Assembly: GCA_965240325.2 (NCBI GenBank)
Contig: OZ251226.1
Coordinates: 1,054,001 to 1,118,000 of the forward strand
Length of the DNA: 64,000 nt
Direction of reading: 5' to 3'
DNA from: Rebecca billardiae RCC1528
Taxonomy: Eukaryota > Protista > Haptophyta
The translations under genes were made by a program, and so were the position numbers. Below the pieces are notes generated by a model. The model made no database searches. It worked only from the letters and a program-made list of their open reading frames with translations, and was not told the DNA's origin. Below are positions 9,555 through 21,488 of this stretch, piece by piece (the first letter of the stretch is position 1; every line of letters begins with the position of its first letter).

Positions 9555-10498
9555 ATCTACGGGTGGATACGATTCAGATGGCTCAATATGCGCCAAGTAA
9601 GGCTGCGTTCGCCTGTAGCGGTCTCGCCTGCAGTCCACCCTGTCGCTCATCACGCGCGTGCGCACTCGCCCGCTGATCAGTCGGATCCGATCGGCTTCCC
9701 TTGTCCGCAACGGGTGACGCGCATGGCTTTGAGACGCTGAGACGGTGCGCGAGCATAGTGAGAGATATAGGGGGGCGATCCGCTGTGGAACGTGGGCGAG
9801 CGTAGCTCTGATTACCACGCGATCATTCGCGCCAGTATGGGCCCACACGTCTGTGCAGAGAGCTGACGACCTGCATGATCACTTCTGCGGCCGATTCGGA
9901 ACCGGCGCGGACTGACAGGGCGCCGGGCTTGAGAGCGTGCACGCCTTTGGTGCGCGATGAATCTACGGATGGATACGCTTCGAGTGGCTCAATGCGTGCC
10001 AAGGAATGGCTGCATACACATGTAGTGGTCACGCCTGCAGTCCACAGTGTCGCTCGTCATTCAGATCGGCTGCTTCCGCCCTTGAGTCCGCAACGGTTGG
10101 CGCCTGGCTGCGCGCATGGCTTTGAGACGCTGAGACGTTGTCAATGAGGAGCGCGCGTGCGGCGAAGACAAGCGTAGTACTGTTCTGCAGCTCAAGCAGC
10201 CCCAACGCGCTCTCGCCAGTACGCGCCTGCGCGTCTGTGCAGACGGGCGAAAAGCCGTCGGACCGCCGGCTGAGAGAGGGAGCACGCAAGCCTTCGTGCC
10301 ACTGCAAGTGAATGCGTCGGCGGACTTCGGGGGGATACCCACCATGCGCCCACGAAGAGCTACATCCATCGACATGGCAGTCGCGACGCCGACTCACAGT
10401 GTCGCGCATCATGCGCGCGCACGCTCGCACCATACCGACACTCACGACCGGGCGGCGCGGGACCCGCGCGCACGGCTTCCAGACTCGGAGACGGTGTC
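9555..10498. repeat. Three degenerate copies of a ~190-bp unit about 400 bp apart
   Basis: Blocks ATCTACGG.TGGATACG, TGCAGTCCAC..TGTCGCTC.TCA and GCGCATGGCTTTGAGACGCTGAGACG at ~9555-9745 and ~9961-10137; a weaker copy at ~10330-10498. Confidence 0.7.
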
Positions 10499-11642
10499 AA
10501 GGAGGAGCACTTGCGGGGCAGGCTGAATCATAGTGCTGATCTGCCGCAGCCCAGGCAGCACACGCCCGCAGCAGGGCAACGGAGCGGCTGCACGACCTCA
10601 CGTGATGCGTGGCCCAGCCCCACCCCCCCCCCCCCCCGGGCGGAGCGAGTGCGAGCTCTACCCTCGCTTTCAGCTTGCTCGGAGAGGGGCGACCGCCCGC
10701 TTCCGATAAGCGCAGCTTTGCGAAAGTGACCGGGCCCCTTGGTTCTTCGTTCAGAGTGCAGATGATTGGATGCCGGGAGGGAGTGATAGCAAACGGCTGA
10801 CCAATCAGACAGCGCCGTTGCGTCTACCCGCATTACTTGCCTCGCAGGAATCTTGAGTAAATCGAATTGGCCCTTTTGATTGGTTGCCTCCGCATTATGT
10901 TTCTTTTTCGCATATGGCTGCTGACTTATGGAGATACCAGGGCAGACAGCTTGCTTTTCAAGTAGGAGAACCTCTTGAGATGCCACGAAGCCCCTGCGCC
11001 CTTTTTCAAGGTGAGTACTGATAGGGCGTCAATCTCGCCTGCCTGAGCTGTGTGCGTCTCTTATTCTTAGTAAACTGTAGCTCGATAGCCGTATGATATG
11101 AGAGCGCGCGGGAACGTCGGTTCGGACTACCCGCGCAATAACATCTCGCGTCGCTTGATGAATATGAGGAGTGAACGACTATATCAAAAGAATGTTCGAT
11201 ATCTCAGACCTTGTTTGCAATCTGTTCAACAGGCGAATCTTGACTATCAGAAAGGTAGCTAGAGATGTCTTTGTCCTATTCGAGTTCGATTTCTTCTATT
11301 ACTTACTATCCAAGGATTAAGGAGCAGTACAAACGCAATCATGAGCAGCGATATCGAGTCAAATGCGGATTTCACACCTAAATCCACCTACAAAAATCCC
11401 CCAAATCCTGCGCGCATCCTCTTTTTTGATTTTGCGGAGCACGTGCGCCGCCCCCCCCGGCTTTCGCTCACGCTCAGACCTTTCGGGGGGGCCGTGCGCC
11501 ATAATAATAACTATTCTCGTCGAATAGTGAGTTGTAACACTATTAATACAGTAGTTAAATTTAGACTATACTCATTGCTACTACAGACGGCGCGGTATTT
11601 AGCTCGTCAGTCCTACGTTCCAAATGCTCAGACTTGTCACTC

Positions 11643-14450
11643 CTACTCAGACTGCTCCTCCTGCTCCTGATCTGCGGCTTCCTGCACGATCGTGCTGAGC
11701 GCCTTCGGGCTGAGCGCCTCCGCCACCGTCGTGGGCCCCATCGACGAGACGGAGCCATCCATGCGACGCTCGCGATGCTCGCTGCCGGCGCTGAAGCTGC
11801 CGTGCGAGTTGTTGCCGGCCGCGATGGGCTCCATGAACGAGCGCAGCACGCGGCAGATGTACTCGGTGCCGGACGAGTCCTTCTCGATGCACGCGGTCAG
11901 CCCGGCCGCCTCGAACTCGGAGCGGTCGGGCGAGCCGATCGGGTCCCCGGTCATGCCGATGATGATCCCCTCGTACCCGCTCGCGCGCAGCAGGCGCACG
12001 GCGGTCGCGCCGTTCATGCGCGGCATCTGATTGTCCATCAGGATGAGGTCAAAGGGCGGCAGGCCCTGCGCGCCGCGCTCCTCGACCATCTCGATGGCGC
12101 GCTCGCCGTGCCCTGCAGTCTGCCAGTTGGCCCCGACCGTCTGGAAGGTGGTGAGCGGCAGCGTCATCTGGAGGAACGCGTCGTCCTGTGTCGCGCGCGG
12201 CGGCGGTGGGCGCGCACACCAAAGGGCGGCGGCGATGGCGCGCGCGTGAGCACGGATGGCGTGCGCACGGATGACAGCCACGCGCGCACGGCGCGCACGA
12301 GCGCGGGGCGCGCGCGTCTCACCTCCACGTGCAGGCAGCAGAAGTGCGGAGGTATCACGAGAGGTGTCGCGGCGACAGACGAGTCCTGCGACACCGCCTT
12401 CTGCAAGCGCTCCTCGTGCACGTCGTCGTGCGGCTTGCTGGCCCCATCCGGCGCCGTCCCGCCCTTCTCGACGAGCTCAGAGAGCCGCTCGCCGAGCGTG
12501 GCCGAGGTGGCCGAGTTGGCGACACGCTCGCGGCCGAGGTCCTGGCGCTTGCGGCCACGCGACATGTGCTCGTCCATCGCGCGCGTCGGCACGGGCTGCG
12601 TCGACGGCTGCAGGTACACCAGCATCTCGAAGGTCGAGCCCATCCCCTCGCCCGGCGAGGAGATGACAAGCTCGGAGGAGTCGTGCAGCTTGAGGATCTG
12701 CGGGGGCGCGCACGCGAGCGCGCGCGAGCGCGCGTGGCACGGAGGGCCGCGGGCGCGGGGCGAGGATGACGGGCGGGACGCGGGACGGACGCGCGGCTAG
12801 CGGGTGCGCTGTGTCGCGCGCACGGCCCGCCCGCACCGACTTGCTGATGGAGAGGCCGAGGCCGGTCCCGCCGCGGCCCTGGAGCTGCCCGGAGCCGACC
12901 TGCGTGAAGCACTCGCCCGTGTTGAGCTGCTCGAGCTGGTCCGGGCTCAGGCCGGTGCCGGTGTCCACGACGGCGATGTGCACGAGCGTGAGGCCGTCGT
13001 CCTGCTGCCGCTCGTCGTCCGAGCCCAGCCAGCAGCGCAGGTACACCGCGCCGCCGCGGTCGGTGAACTTGATCGCGTTGCTCACGCCGTTGTTGAGGCA
13101 CTGCAGCAGCCGCCACTTGTCGCCGTTCCACACGCTCTGGCCGAGCTGCGGGTCGATGGCCGCGGGCACGAGCACGACGCCCTTCTCCTGCGCGAGCCCC
13201 TCGAACGTCGCGTGCGACTCGTGCAGCAGCCGCTCGAGCGTGAACGGGTGGCGCACGAGCACGAGCCGGCCGCTGTCGATGCGCTCAAAGTCGAGGATGT
13301 CCGAGACGATGTTCTCCATGAGCGCGCAGCACGTGTCGAGCACGTCGAGCAGCTTCTCGCGCTCGACGGCGCAGATGGGGTGCTTCTTGTCGCCCTCGGG
13401 CATGCGCAGCAGCTTGGTCACGTTGAGCACCGAGAGCAGCGGGCTGCGCAGGTCGTGCATCACGACGCGGATCAGCCGAGCGCGCGCGAGCTTGCCCTCC
13501 TCGGCCCGCGACGCATCGGCCGAGAGCTTCTCGCGCGCGCGGAGCGCGTGGAGGCGCGAGGAGCGCGCGTGCTCGAAGCGGCGGTGCACGCGCTTGCGCT
13601 CTCGCTGGGCCAGGACGACCGTGCGGCGGAACGCCCACTCGCCGCGCGACGACTTGGAGAGGTGGTACCGGCAGACGGTGGTCGCAAACCCGAGCATGAC
13701 GAGCGCGCCCAGGTTGAACGGGCACCAGCCGGCCTCGTCGGGCTGGCGCAAGTCGAGGCCGGCGCCGATGGCGATCGAGGGGCCGCACACGAGGCCGAAC
13801 GCAGGCACCGTCAGCGGCACGTACGCGCTCACGAGTGCGACAAAGGCGCCGAGCCGCAGCATGAGCGCCGCGTTGGTCGTGCACGCCTCACTCGGCGTGA
13901 GGATTTGGTGGAAGCGCCAGAAGAGGGTGAGGCAGATGAGCGTCCCGATGGTGATCGCCTCCATCAGGGTCTGCGGCACGTTGCAGAACGACTCCGATCG
14001 GAAGAGGAAGCCGAGCTGCGTCAGGACACCGACCACGAGCACGTTGGCGCTCCAGCCGTGCCGCTCGACGCTCAACTCGGATGGAAGTTCCTTCGTGCTG
14101 AGCGCCACGAAGGAGAGGCTGTTGAACAGCGCCATGGCCCAGAGCACGTGCGACATGGAGCGCCCCAGGTTGGGATACAGGATCTCCATGCGATACGCGG
14201 CCTCCACGTCCTCGTCCGCGAACGCGCCGCGCCACGTGCGCCGCAGCTCGGCCATGTCCTCGACGTTCGCGTCAAAGTCGTGCGGGAGGGAGGGGTCGCG
14301 CGGGTTGGCGGTCCCGGGTGCGCCTTCGAGGTCTTCGGTTGAGACCTCGCCGGTGTACTCAGACGAGCTCAGAGTGCCCGTGTCAGCAATGGTGCGGATA
14401 TCCTTCATCTTGAGAAACGCCGCGATGGGTGCGGTAGAGGGTTGTGCCAT
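11643..14450 (-). CDS. Membrane hybrid histidine kinase (TM-HisKA-HATPase-REC), copy A; exons 14450-12837, 12697-12323, 12185-11643
   Basis: H-box VMHDLRSPL, N-box NNGVSNAIKFT, G1 DTGTGL, G2 GTGLGLSIS. GT-AG introns of 139 and 137 bp restore SKS|ILKLH and LHVE|DD. REC motif LILMDNQMPRMNG. Confidence 0.93.
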
Positions 14451-15456
14451 CCGAAGACGGTGCTGTCCGTGGGCTGTGGGGAGCAGTACTTTTTGTGCCG
14501 ATGAGCTTCTCAACGGGAAAGTCGCTTCTCCGTTGCTTACAAATGTTCATCATTGGTTTGGGGAGAACCGGGAAGAACATCATGTACTACTATGCATTCA
14601 TGACGCTTCTGACGAGATATGACCCAAGCACATATGCATGTCATCGATGATATTCGCCCAGTGTCATTGCGACGGAACTCTGAGGTAGTGAGGTATACTC
14701 ACACCATCTGAAGGTGGACTCACACCACTTGAGATATCAGGGGGAGATTGTGATGCTTGATCCCTCAATACTCATACTCAAAGTTCTATACGAAATTCGC
14801 ACCGACGAAGCACCTCTCGAAGGTTGCTGAAAGCCTGAAACGGCGCGTACACTTCGCATGATCGATAACGACCGTTCGTAACAACATAATTGCATGGACA
14901 CAGAGGTCGCGCTCGAGCGCATCCTCGACGGCGGCTTTGACATCTCGAGATCTCGACCGGGGTAGCGACTCTAGACTGAGCCTCGTCCCGTGGCTACAGT
15001 AGTGGCGTCCCGGTGCCAGGCTGCAGGCAGCGCGCTGACCGCGGTGTGGCCGTGCGCAGCCGGCTGAGGCGCGGCTCGGACTCAGGTTTGCGGACTTCGG
15101 ATGCCCCGAAACGGCGCGGGTACTTAGTCCGCCCTCGGGCGTTGTTGCGCACGGCTGGGTTCGAGAGGCGCATCATCTGGCTTGCCCACGGGCCATGACA
15201 CACGGCCAGGGGCTTCCAAGAGCACCCGGTTGGAGGTCGTGAGGCGGGCCGGCACTTGACTCGCCTGCGCGAGTGGCCCCGCCGGGCCCGGTGGCGGTCA
15301 GCCTGATGGCAGTGAGTGATGACCCAATCAGTACTCTCGGCGGACCGCGCACTGATTACTCGACAGGCGGCCTGGCATACCAGTCAGGCACTGGTCTGTC
15401 GGCAATTACAGTACTCGCCGCGTGTGTCTGGCATGCGCCTGACTCCTGGTGCCAAC

Positions 15457-16731
15457 TCAAGCAGCGGCGACTCGGGAAAACACTCGCACGCCATATGCTT
15501 TCACCTCGGGCCCGCCGTCAGCGCGGAGGCAGTACCGGCCGACGAGCGGTCCTGGCCGCCTGCGGTCGCCGTCATTAAGCTGTGTCAGCAGCGCGTGCCC
15601 ATGCCGTCGATGCGGCTCGCCAGCTGCAGCCGCGGCGCACCTGCACGCGCCCCCCGCGTCCGGCTCCGCGCCGGGCATCGCGTCGTCCACCCACCGCCCG
15701 TGCAGCTCGCACGCCGTGCGCGCGAAGAAGAGGCCGACGTCGCGGGTCATCGCGAGCGACTTGGCCAGCCCACCGGGCTTGAGAAAGTGGCGCTTGCCCT
15801 TGTGCACGCACAGCGTCGTGTTGGCGGCGCAGCCGGCGAATGTGAGGCAGCGCGCCGCCTTTCTGTCCAGCGTGAGCAGCGCCGCGCGTGGCGGGGCCCA
15901 TGCCAGCGGCGCGTGCGTCGCCGACGCCGACGAGGGCGCATGGCGCGCTGCACCGACCTGGCAGCCGTTCGCCACTGCCCACGCCTCCCACGCACCGCCC
16001 GCGCTCACGCACTTCTCGGACAGCTCAGACATCTGGCAGCAGCAGGCAGCTGCCGGCCCACGCTCGAGCTGCGCCTTGCAGCAGCCCTCGAACCGGACGA
16101 TGCCATCGTCCCGCGCGTGGTGCAGCATCACTGGCGTTGGCCGAGCGAGCGATGCGTTCAGGCGACCGTCCGGCAGCTCGCGAAGAAAGCGCGATGTGTA
16201 GCCCGCAGCCGTGGCCAGGCCAGCGAGAAGCGTCGAAGTGTGCGCAAGCGTGGTGGCGAAGAAGCCGCCGTTCGACCAGCCGAATGCGAGGATCGCCTCC
16301 GCGTTCAGCGTGTGGATGGTGTCGAGCGCGTGCGCCAGGGCGCGAGCGAGGTAGGACGAGTCGTCCCGCGCTCGATCGCGCGAGTCGCCGCAGCACTCGC
16401 CCGCGTTCCACGACTCATCGAGCTGCGTGCCTGCGAGGAGCGCGAAGCCAAATGCGTCCGCCACGTCGTAGAATGCCCGGGGCACGGTCTCGACCTTGCA
16501 GTGGAAGCATGCGAGCGTGAGGACGACGGGTGTGGCGCGAGGCGTGCGCGACGCGCACACGCTCGGCGGCAGGTGGACGTGATACGGCCGGTCCTCGGCG
16601 GCGAACGGGCGCTCGACCATGCGCCGCTGCACGACCGCGCACAGCTCCGCGGTGTCGTCCGCGCCGAGCGGCGCGAGCGGCACGAGCACCAGGAGCGCCA
16701 CCATGGATTGCCGGCCCAAAGCCGCCGCCAT
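15457..16731 (-). CDS. Secreted alpha/beta-hydrolase, LpqC/PHB-depolymerase-like esterase
   Basis: YHVHLP, WNAGECCG, DDSSYL, nucleophile GWSNGG, candidate Asp (RDDGIV) and His (KGKRH). Start is 16731 or 16704 (signal-like MVALLVLVPLAPLGA). Confidence 0.8.
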   Translation of the reverse strand: MAAALGRQSMVALLVLVPLAPLGADDTAELCAVVQRRMVERPFAAEDRPYHVHLPPSVCASRTPRATPVVLTLACFHCKVETVPRAFYDVADAFGFALLAGTQLDESWNAGECCGDSRDRARDDSSYLARALAHALDTIHTLNAEAILAFGWSNGGFFATTLAHTSTLLAGLATAAGYTSRFLRELPDGRLNASLARPTPVMLHHARDDGIVRFEGCCKAQLERGPAAACCCQMSELSEKCVSAGGAWEAWAVANGCQVGAARHAPSSASATHAPLAWAPPRAALLTLDRKAARCLTFAGCAANTTLCVHKGKRHFLKPGGLAKSLAMTRDVGLFFARTACELHGRWVDDAMPGAEPDAGGACRCAAAAAGEPHRRHGHALLTQLNDGDRRRPGPLVGRYCLRADGGPEVKAYGVRVFSRVAAA

Positions 16732-16831
16732 CCTCGTTTTGATGCGCTTTCTTGATGGTTCACGAATGAATTCGGCAATTCGCCAGCGAGTCCGGGCCGT
16801 CGTCGTTCCCCATCCCTCGTCCCGCATCGCG

Positions 16832-17239
16832 ATGGGCGTGCTCGGCGCGCTGCGCTTCTCGACGCGGCGGGCGCTGTCGACATCAGCGGAGAGCGTGCGC
16901 CGTGGCATTCTGTGCGTGAAGACCACGTTCAACAACACGATCGTCACACTCACGCGCGAGAACGGCGACGCGATCGCGTGGGCCTCGGGAGGCACTGTGG
17001 GCTTCAAGAAGTCGAAGCGCAAGTCCAGCCTCGCGGCAACGACAGCGCTTGACGTCATCATCGCACGCGCAAAGAGCCTGAGCATGGGCGCTCTCATCGT
17101 ACGGATGTCAGGCCCTGGCAGGGTTCACCGCGAGCTGCTCACTCGCTGCGCGGCGTCGGGGATCCGCATCGATGCCCTGCAAAACGTCACGCCTATTCCG
17201 CACAATGGCTGCAGGAGGCCAAAGGCAAGGCGTGTGTGA
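16832..17239 (+). CDS. rps11: Mitochondrial ribosomal protein uS11 (nucleus-encoded)
   Basis: TFNNTIVTLT, WASGGTVGFKKSKRKS, GPG, NVTPIPHNGCRRPKARRV; leader LRFSTRRALST is presequence-like. Confidence 0.92.
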   Translation: MGVLGALRFSTRRALSTSAESVRRGILCVKTTFNNTIVTLTRENGDAIAWASGGTVGFKKSKRKSSLAATTALDVIIARAKSLSMGALIVRMSGPGRVHRELLTRCAASGIRIDALQNVTPIPHNGCRRPKARRV

Positions 17240-17644
17240 GGACGAGGTGAGGTCAGCACGCTGCCGAGCAGCGCGACTGAGCGCACGTGTATCGGAACTC
17301 CAGAACGATCGAGTGCCAGAGACATCGACCGGCGCAACGATGCGCAGGCGATCGCAGGCCTCCGCGGGCTTCCGCGCTCGCACGGCGCTAATCGGCGTCG
17401 TGATCGCCAACCGTGCGTCGAGTCGTCGCCACGCGGCCCACTCAGCAGCACGCGCAACAGCGTGGCGTTTAGCGATGAGAAGTCTGGGCTGGCTACAGCC
17501 AATGCTTCATGCTGCAGTGCGTCCGCCACATGCACATGATCCTGCCACCCGATCAAGTGACACCTGCTGATTTACTAGCTAGCTTAGCTAAGCTACCGAG
17601 TTAGAGCTCCACAACTGCGTGCTTTCAGCTTTTTTTAAATAAGC

Positions 17645-18562
17645 ATGGCGAGCGCGATGGCGGCCGTTGCGAGCCCGCAAGAGGGGTGGGCAAAGCTTTG
17701 CCGCGGGTGCTACCTGAGCGCAGACTGGTCGCCGCCGGCGGTCACGGATGAGATCGGGGAGGCAATGCGCGACGCGCTCCGCCTCGACCCCACCCTGCCA
17801 CTGGCCAGCGTCCACCTCCTCCGCAAGCAGTATGCGCGTGAGGCGTGCGCCGCTGCGCTTGATGCACCGGAGGCAGACAAAACCGGGCGCCAGCGTAAGC
17901 TCGCGGCGGCGATGCGAAGCGTCGCGGTCGCGACGTCGCCCAACTTCAAAGACGTCCTGCGGGCGAAGGTGCTCTCCTCAGGCGAGCCCTACGCGCGCCT
18001 GCTCCACGCGTACCAGCGGCTCGTGCGCGAGCATGTGCTGCCGAGGCTTGCCGCCGCGCTTGGCGAACAGGAGTTCGCGGTGCAGCGCGAGCCTTCGATC
18101 CGGTTCAGCCTGCCCGACGCCTCCGCTCTCGGTGCGCGTGAGAATGACGAAGACGCTTGCATCGGCCTCCACACGGACGGTGACTACGACCACCAACCCG
18201 GCGAGCTCAACGTGATGTTAGCACTCTCGCGCGTGTTCGGCTCAAACGGCCTCTTTGTCGAGAGTGAGCCGATGCGGGGTGACTACCACTGCGTCGAGCT
18301 TGAGGCCGGCCGGCTCTTCACGTTCCACGGCGTCGCGTGTCGCCATTACAACCAGCGTAACGACACCGGCTGCACGCGCGTCTCGATTGACTTTCGGCTT
18401 ATTCCCATGAGCCGATATGACCACTCGCGGGATGACGTCAGCCGCAAGGCTAGCCGAGCCGGGCGCTTCACTCTGGGCGAGTACTTCGAATTGGTGCGCG
18501 CCGACTCTGAGGGGCTACTTCACACTGGTCGTCGCGGCGCGAATGCGAGTTGCACGAGCTGA
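17645..18562 (+). CDS. StrG-like / 2OG-Fe(II) oxygenase-fold protein
   Basis: Q.EPSIRF, HTDGDYDHQPGELN (HxD), SNGLFVESEP, HYNQRNDTGCTRVSIDFR (distal His and RxS). Confidence 0.75.
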   Translation: MASAMAAVASPQEGWAKLCRGCYLSADWSPPAVTDEIGEAMRDALRLDPTLPLASVHLLRKQYAREACAAALDAPEADKTGRQRKLAAAMRSVAVATSPNFKDVLRAKVLSSGEPYARLLHAYQRLVREHVLPRLAAALGEQEFAVQREPSIRFSLPDASALGARENDEDACIGLHTDGDYDHQPGELNVMLALSRVFGSNGLFVESEPMRGDYHCVELEAGRLFTFHGVACRHYNQRNDTGCTRVSIDFRLIPMSRYDHSRDDVSRKASRAGRFTLGEYFELVRADSEGLLHTGRRGANASCTS

Positions 18563-18885
18563 TAATCACGCTGGGACGTCCGTACTTGCCGGCGGACTCT
18601 CCGACTCTTGCACCGTCGCGCCGACCGTCGGCGGCGGCCGTCAGACAGACAGACTGCTAGTACAGAGAATTTACTTTAATAACTTATACATACACGACGA
18701 TCAACACTGTGAGTTACGACACTGTGTCACACTGTCACGACTGGTAACACTCGTCCGCCTATAATACAATATTACAGTAGTGGCAGAGTTAGTCCGCAGT
18801 CACACTCCCGCCGCGGGACCGCTGGAATCCCGGGAGGCGGATGACTACGACGACCGAGACGACGACAAACCGACAATAACTTAAA

Positions 18886-18932
<47 letters not shown>

Positions 18933-19789
18933 TTGGTGGCTGATGGCCGCACTGTGATTCGCCTCGTACGTAGACTAGCAGAGTATATAGCGCTTTAATT
19001 AGCAGTCGCCTGCTCACTGCTGCGCTGTGGCCTCAACTCATTCTATGATTTAACGACACAGGTGGGACGACGCTGCCACAGTGACGCACAATAATATATA
19101 CGTTATTAAGTACGACGTCAGCCGGTACAGCGTGCGCGAGTAGTACTCTGTGAACATCGTCGCGCATATTATCAGTGCGGTCGTCTTGATCTATCGAGAC
19201 TGCTCACTCACTCTGCTGCGTATGTCGAATATCATCACAGTACGACGAGTGCTGTGTCGTGTCGTGCCAACATATATATATAGTATGAACAGGACCTCGT
19301 CATAATGCCAACAGTTAAGTCGTCCTGACGACTCGGACCTAACTCCTAAGTCGTCGTAGGCAGTCGTAGCAGTATACGACGACTCAGTCAGGGGGACGCG
19401 AGCCCGCCAGGCGGCGCCTGCCAATGCTGACAACCATCGGCGGACCGTGTTACAGGCGGCAAACTACAGTACATGAAACTGAAAGTGACAGCAGACTGAC
19501 AGGGCGTCCGGTCTGCGCGGGCGACCGAACTGCGAATAAGTAGATGACCGCACTACAGCACTAGTTGAGCTCCGACGCAGACGGCACGCGAGGACTACGA
19601 CGACATCAGAATCATGGCGGCTCTGATTGGTCTGGCGCCGTCTGACGATGAGTCGTAACAACGCCGACGACACTCGACAGAGCGACGGTCCCGCGGACTG
19701 AAGTTCAGTGATCAGTCTCGCGGACCGAACGTCCCGTGCTAAGACTCGACGCTCCGCCGCGAGGTGACGAGCAGATGCGCACGCGTGCC

Positions 19790-21262
19790 CTACTCGTCGG
19801 GCCTGGGCGAGCGCGCGGCGGCCCGCATGACCTCGAGCCAGTAGTCCGTGGTCAGCTCGCGCGGCACGCCCACCAAGCCGCCGCTCGCCGCCGCAGCGGC
19901 TGACGAGGGCCTCATGTAGCCGGCGAGCTTCGGCACGAGCCGCCGCGCCCACGCGCTGAGGTTTGCCTCGTTGAGCTCGGCCGCGAAGTCGCGCACGATC
20001 ACGACGGGCAGCGTGCGGTGCAGCGCGTCGAGCACCGGGTGCGCCTGCACCACCGGCACCATGCCGAGCGCGAGCGCCTCCCACGTCCGGTACGTGTCGT
20101 CGCCGTGGCCGCGCGGGCTCAGATCGAAAAGGTGCCGCCCCTTGGCCGCCCACAGCTCGGAGCGGCGCATGCGCCGCGCGGGCGCGGCGACGTACGGCCG
20201 CTCGCGCAGCGCGGCCCACAGCCGCAGCCGCTCGGGGTTGTCCCGGTCGAACTGGAAGTCCGCCCAGGCGAGCGGCAGCTTGCGCTCGGGTGGAGGCAGC
20301 GCCGCGCGCAGCGCCAGCAGCTCAGCCTCCTGTGCAGCCGGCGGCCGCTGCGGCGTGAGCAGCGCCCAGGGGCGCAGCAGGTGGCGCGGCTTGAGCGCGC
20401 GCTGCAGCTGCGCGTGCAGCGCCAGGTCATCATAGTTCAGCCCGAGCGGCACCGGGCGCACCCGCGTGTCGAGCGCATTCGTCGACCACCAGCCAGCTAG
20501 CGCCGGGTGGCTCAGCAGCGCCTCCGCCACCGTCGGCCGCACCACCGCCCCCGGCACGCCCAGGTCGGTCTCGGGGTAGCCCCAGCTGACGAGGGAGAAG
20601 CGGGAGGAGGGCAAGAGCAGCCCGGACGAGGCGTTGAGCGCGGCCGAAGCGAACTCGGCGAGGTGCATCGTGCGCACCGCCACCACCTCGCCGCGGCCGA
20701 TCGGGCGGTCCGGGGCGCCGTACGCGCGAGCCACGCTCAGCGCGCCGCCACCGCCGCTGCTGGCGCACAAGTGAGGGAGGATCTGGCGGTCGGCGCGCGC
20801 GGCGAGCGCGAACATCCAGAGCAACCTCGTCGGCGGCTCCTCCCACGTCTCCGCGCATGCTGCCGCCCGGCTCATCACGAACGAGCCCTTGTAGGCGACG
20901 AGGGAGCGCACGCACAGCGCAGCCGCCGCCCAGAGTAGCACGCACGCACATGCGCACGCCCACCAGCAGGGGGATGGCGGAGCGCAGCGCGCGGGGCAGC
21001 CGCCACAGCGCGCTCCACCACGGCCCGCGCCGCAGGCCGCGCCCCACGAGCTGCACTGCGCGGAGCCGTGCGCCCGTTCCTGCTGCGCACTCCGTCCGAG
21101 GGCGAGGAGGTGTCTGCTCTCGGCATCAGCGAGCTCATCGTCCTCTCTGGGCGACGAGGGCGCGGCACGATCAGGGGACTGCACCGCAGCGCGCTGGGGT
21201 GCATCGCGGCGGCCATGTTCAGCCGTACAGAGCTGGATTGAGACGTGCTCCGTTGTGGGCAT
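19790..21262 (-). CDS. Type II membrane glycosyltransferase, exostosin/GT47-like
   Basis: N-terminal TM helix; PVPLGL; C-terminal FDLSPRGHGDDTYRTWEALALGMVPVV...LPVVIV. Start taken at MPTTEH. Confidence 0.78.
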   Translation of the reverse strand: MPTTEHVSIQLCTAEHGRRDAPQRAAVQSPDRAAPSSPREDDELADAESRHLLALGRSAQQERAHGSAQCSSWGAACGAGRGGARCGGCPARCAPPSPCWWACACACVLLWAAAALCVRSLVAYKGSFVMSRAAACAETWEEPPTRLLWMFALAARADRQILPHLCASSGGGGALSVARAYGAPDRPIGRGEVVAVRTMHLAEFASAALNASSGLLLPSSRFSLVSWGYPETDLGVPGAVVRPTVAEALLSHPALAGWWSTNALDTRVRPVPLGLNYDDLALHAQLQRALKPRHLLRPWALLTPQRPPAAQEAELLALRAALPPPERKLPLAWADFQFDRDNPERLRLWAALRERPYVAAPARRMRRSELWAAKGRHLFDLSPRGHGDDTYRTWEALALGMVPVVQAHPVLDALHRTLPVVIVRDFAAELNEANLSAWARRLVPKLAGYMRPSSAAAAASGGLVGVPRELTTDYWLEVMRAAARSPRPDE

Positions 21263-21408
21263 TGTTGCCGCCCTCGCCGCTTGGGCGCCAAACTGTAGAC
21301 ATGTGTGCGCCCGGGTCCGGTGTTTTGCAGTGTGTTTTGGAGAAAACCGGACTCTGGACCGATACCGCCGTATTCTTATTATTATATATATACTCTGACG
21401 CCTGCCCG

Positions 21409-21458
21409 TTGCATACCACGTCGTTAATATATATTGCATACCACGTCGTTAATATATA
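21409..21458. repeat. Perfect 25-bp tandem duplication
   Basis: TTGCATACCACGTCGTTAATATATA x2. Confidence 0.9.
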
Positions 21459-21488
21459 TAATATGGCGGGCTTATTATAATATATAAA

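Noticed and set aside
10528-10986. 152-aa minus-strand ORF in lower-GC DNA
   Set aside because: No motif and atypical codon usage.
12766-14622. Long plus-strand ORFs (618 and 512 aa) and similar long antisense ORFs elsewhere (e.g. 53191-55686, 15316-16755)
   Set aside because: Shadow ORFs of real genes caused by high GC3; no motifs.
16732-17097. Esterase ORF extension overlapping rps11 antisense
   Set aside because: It is the reverse complement of rps11; the esterase has a signal-peptide start downstream.
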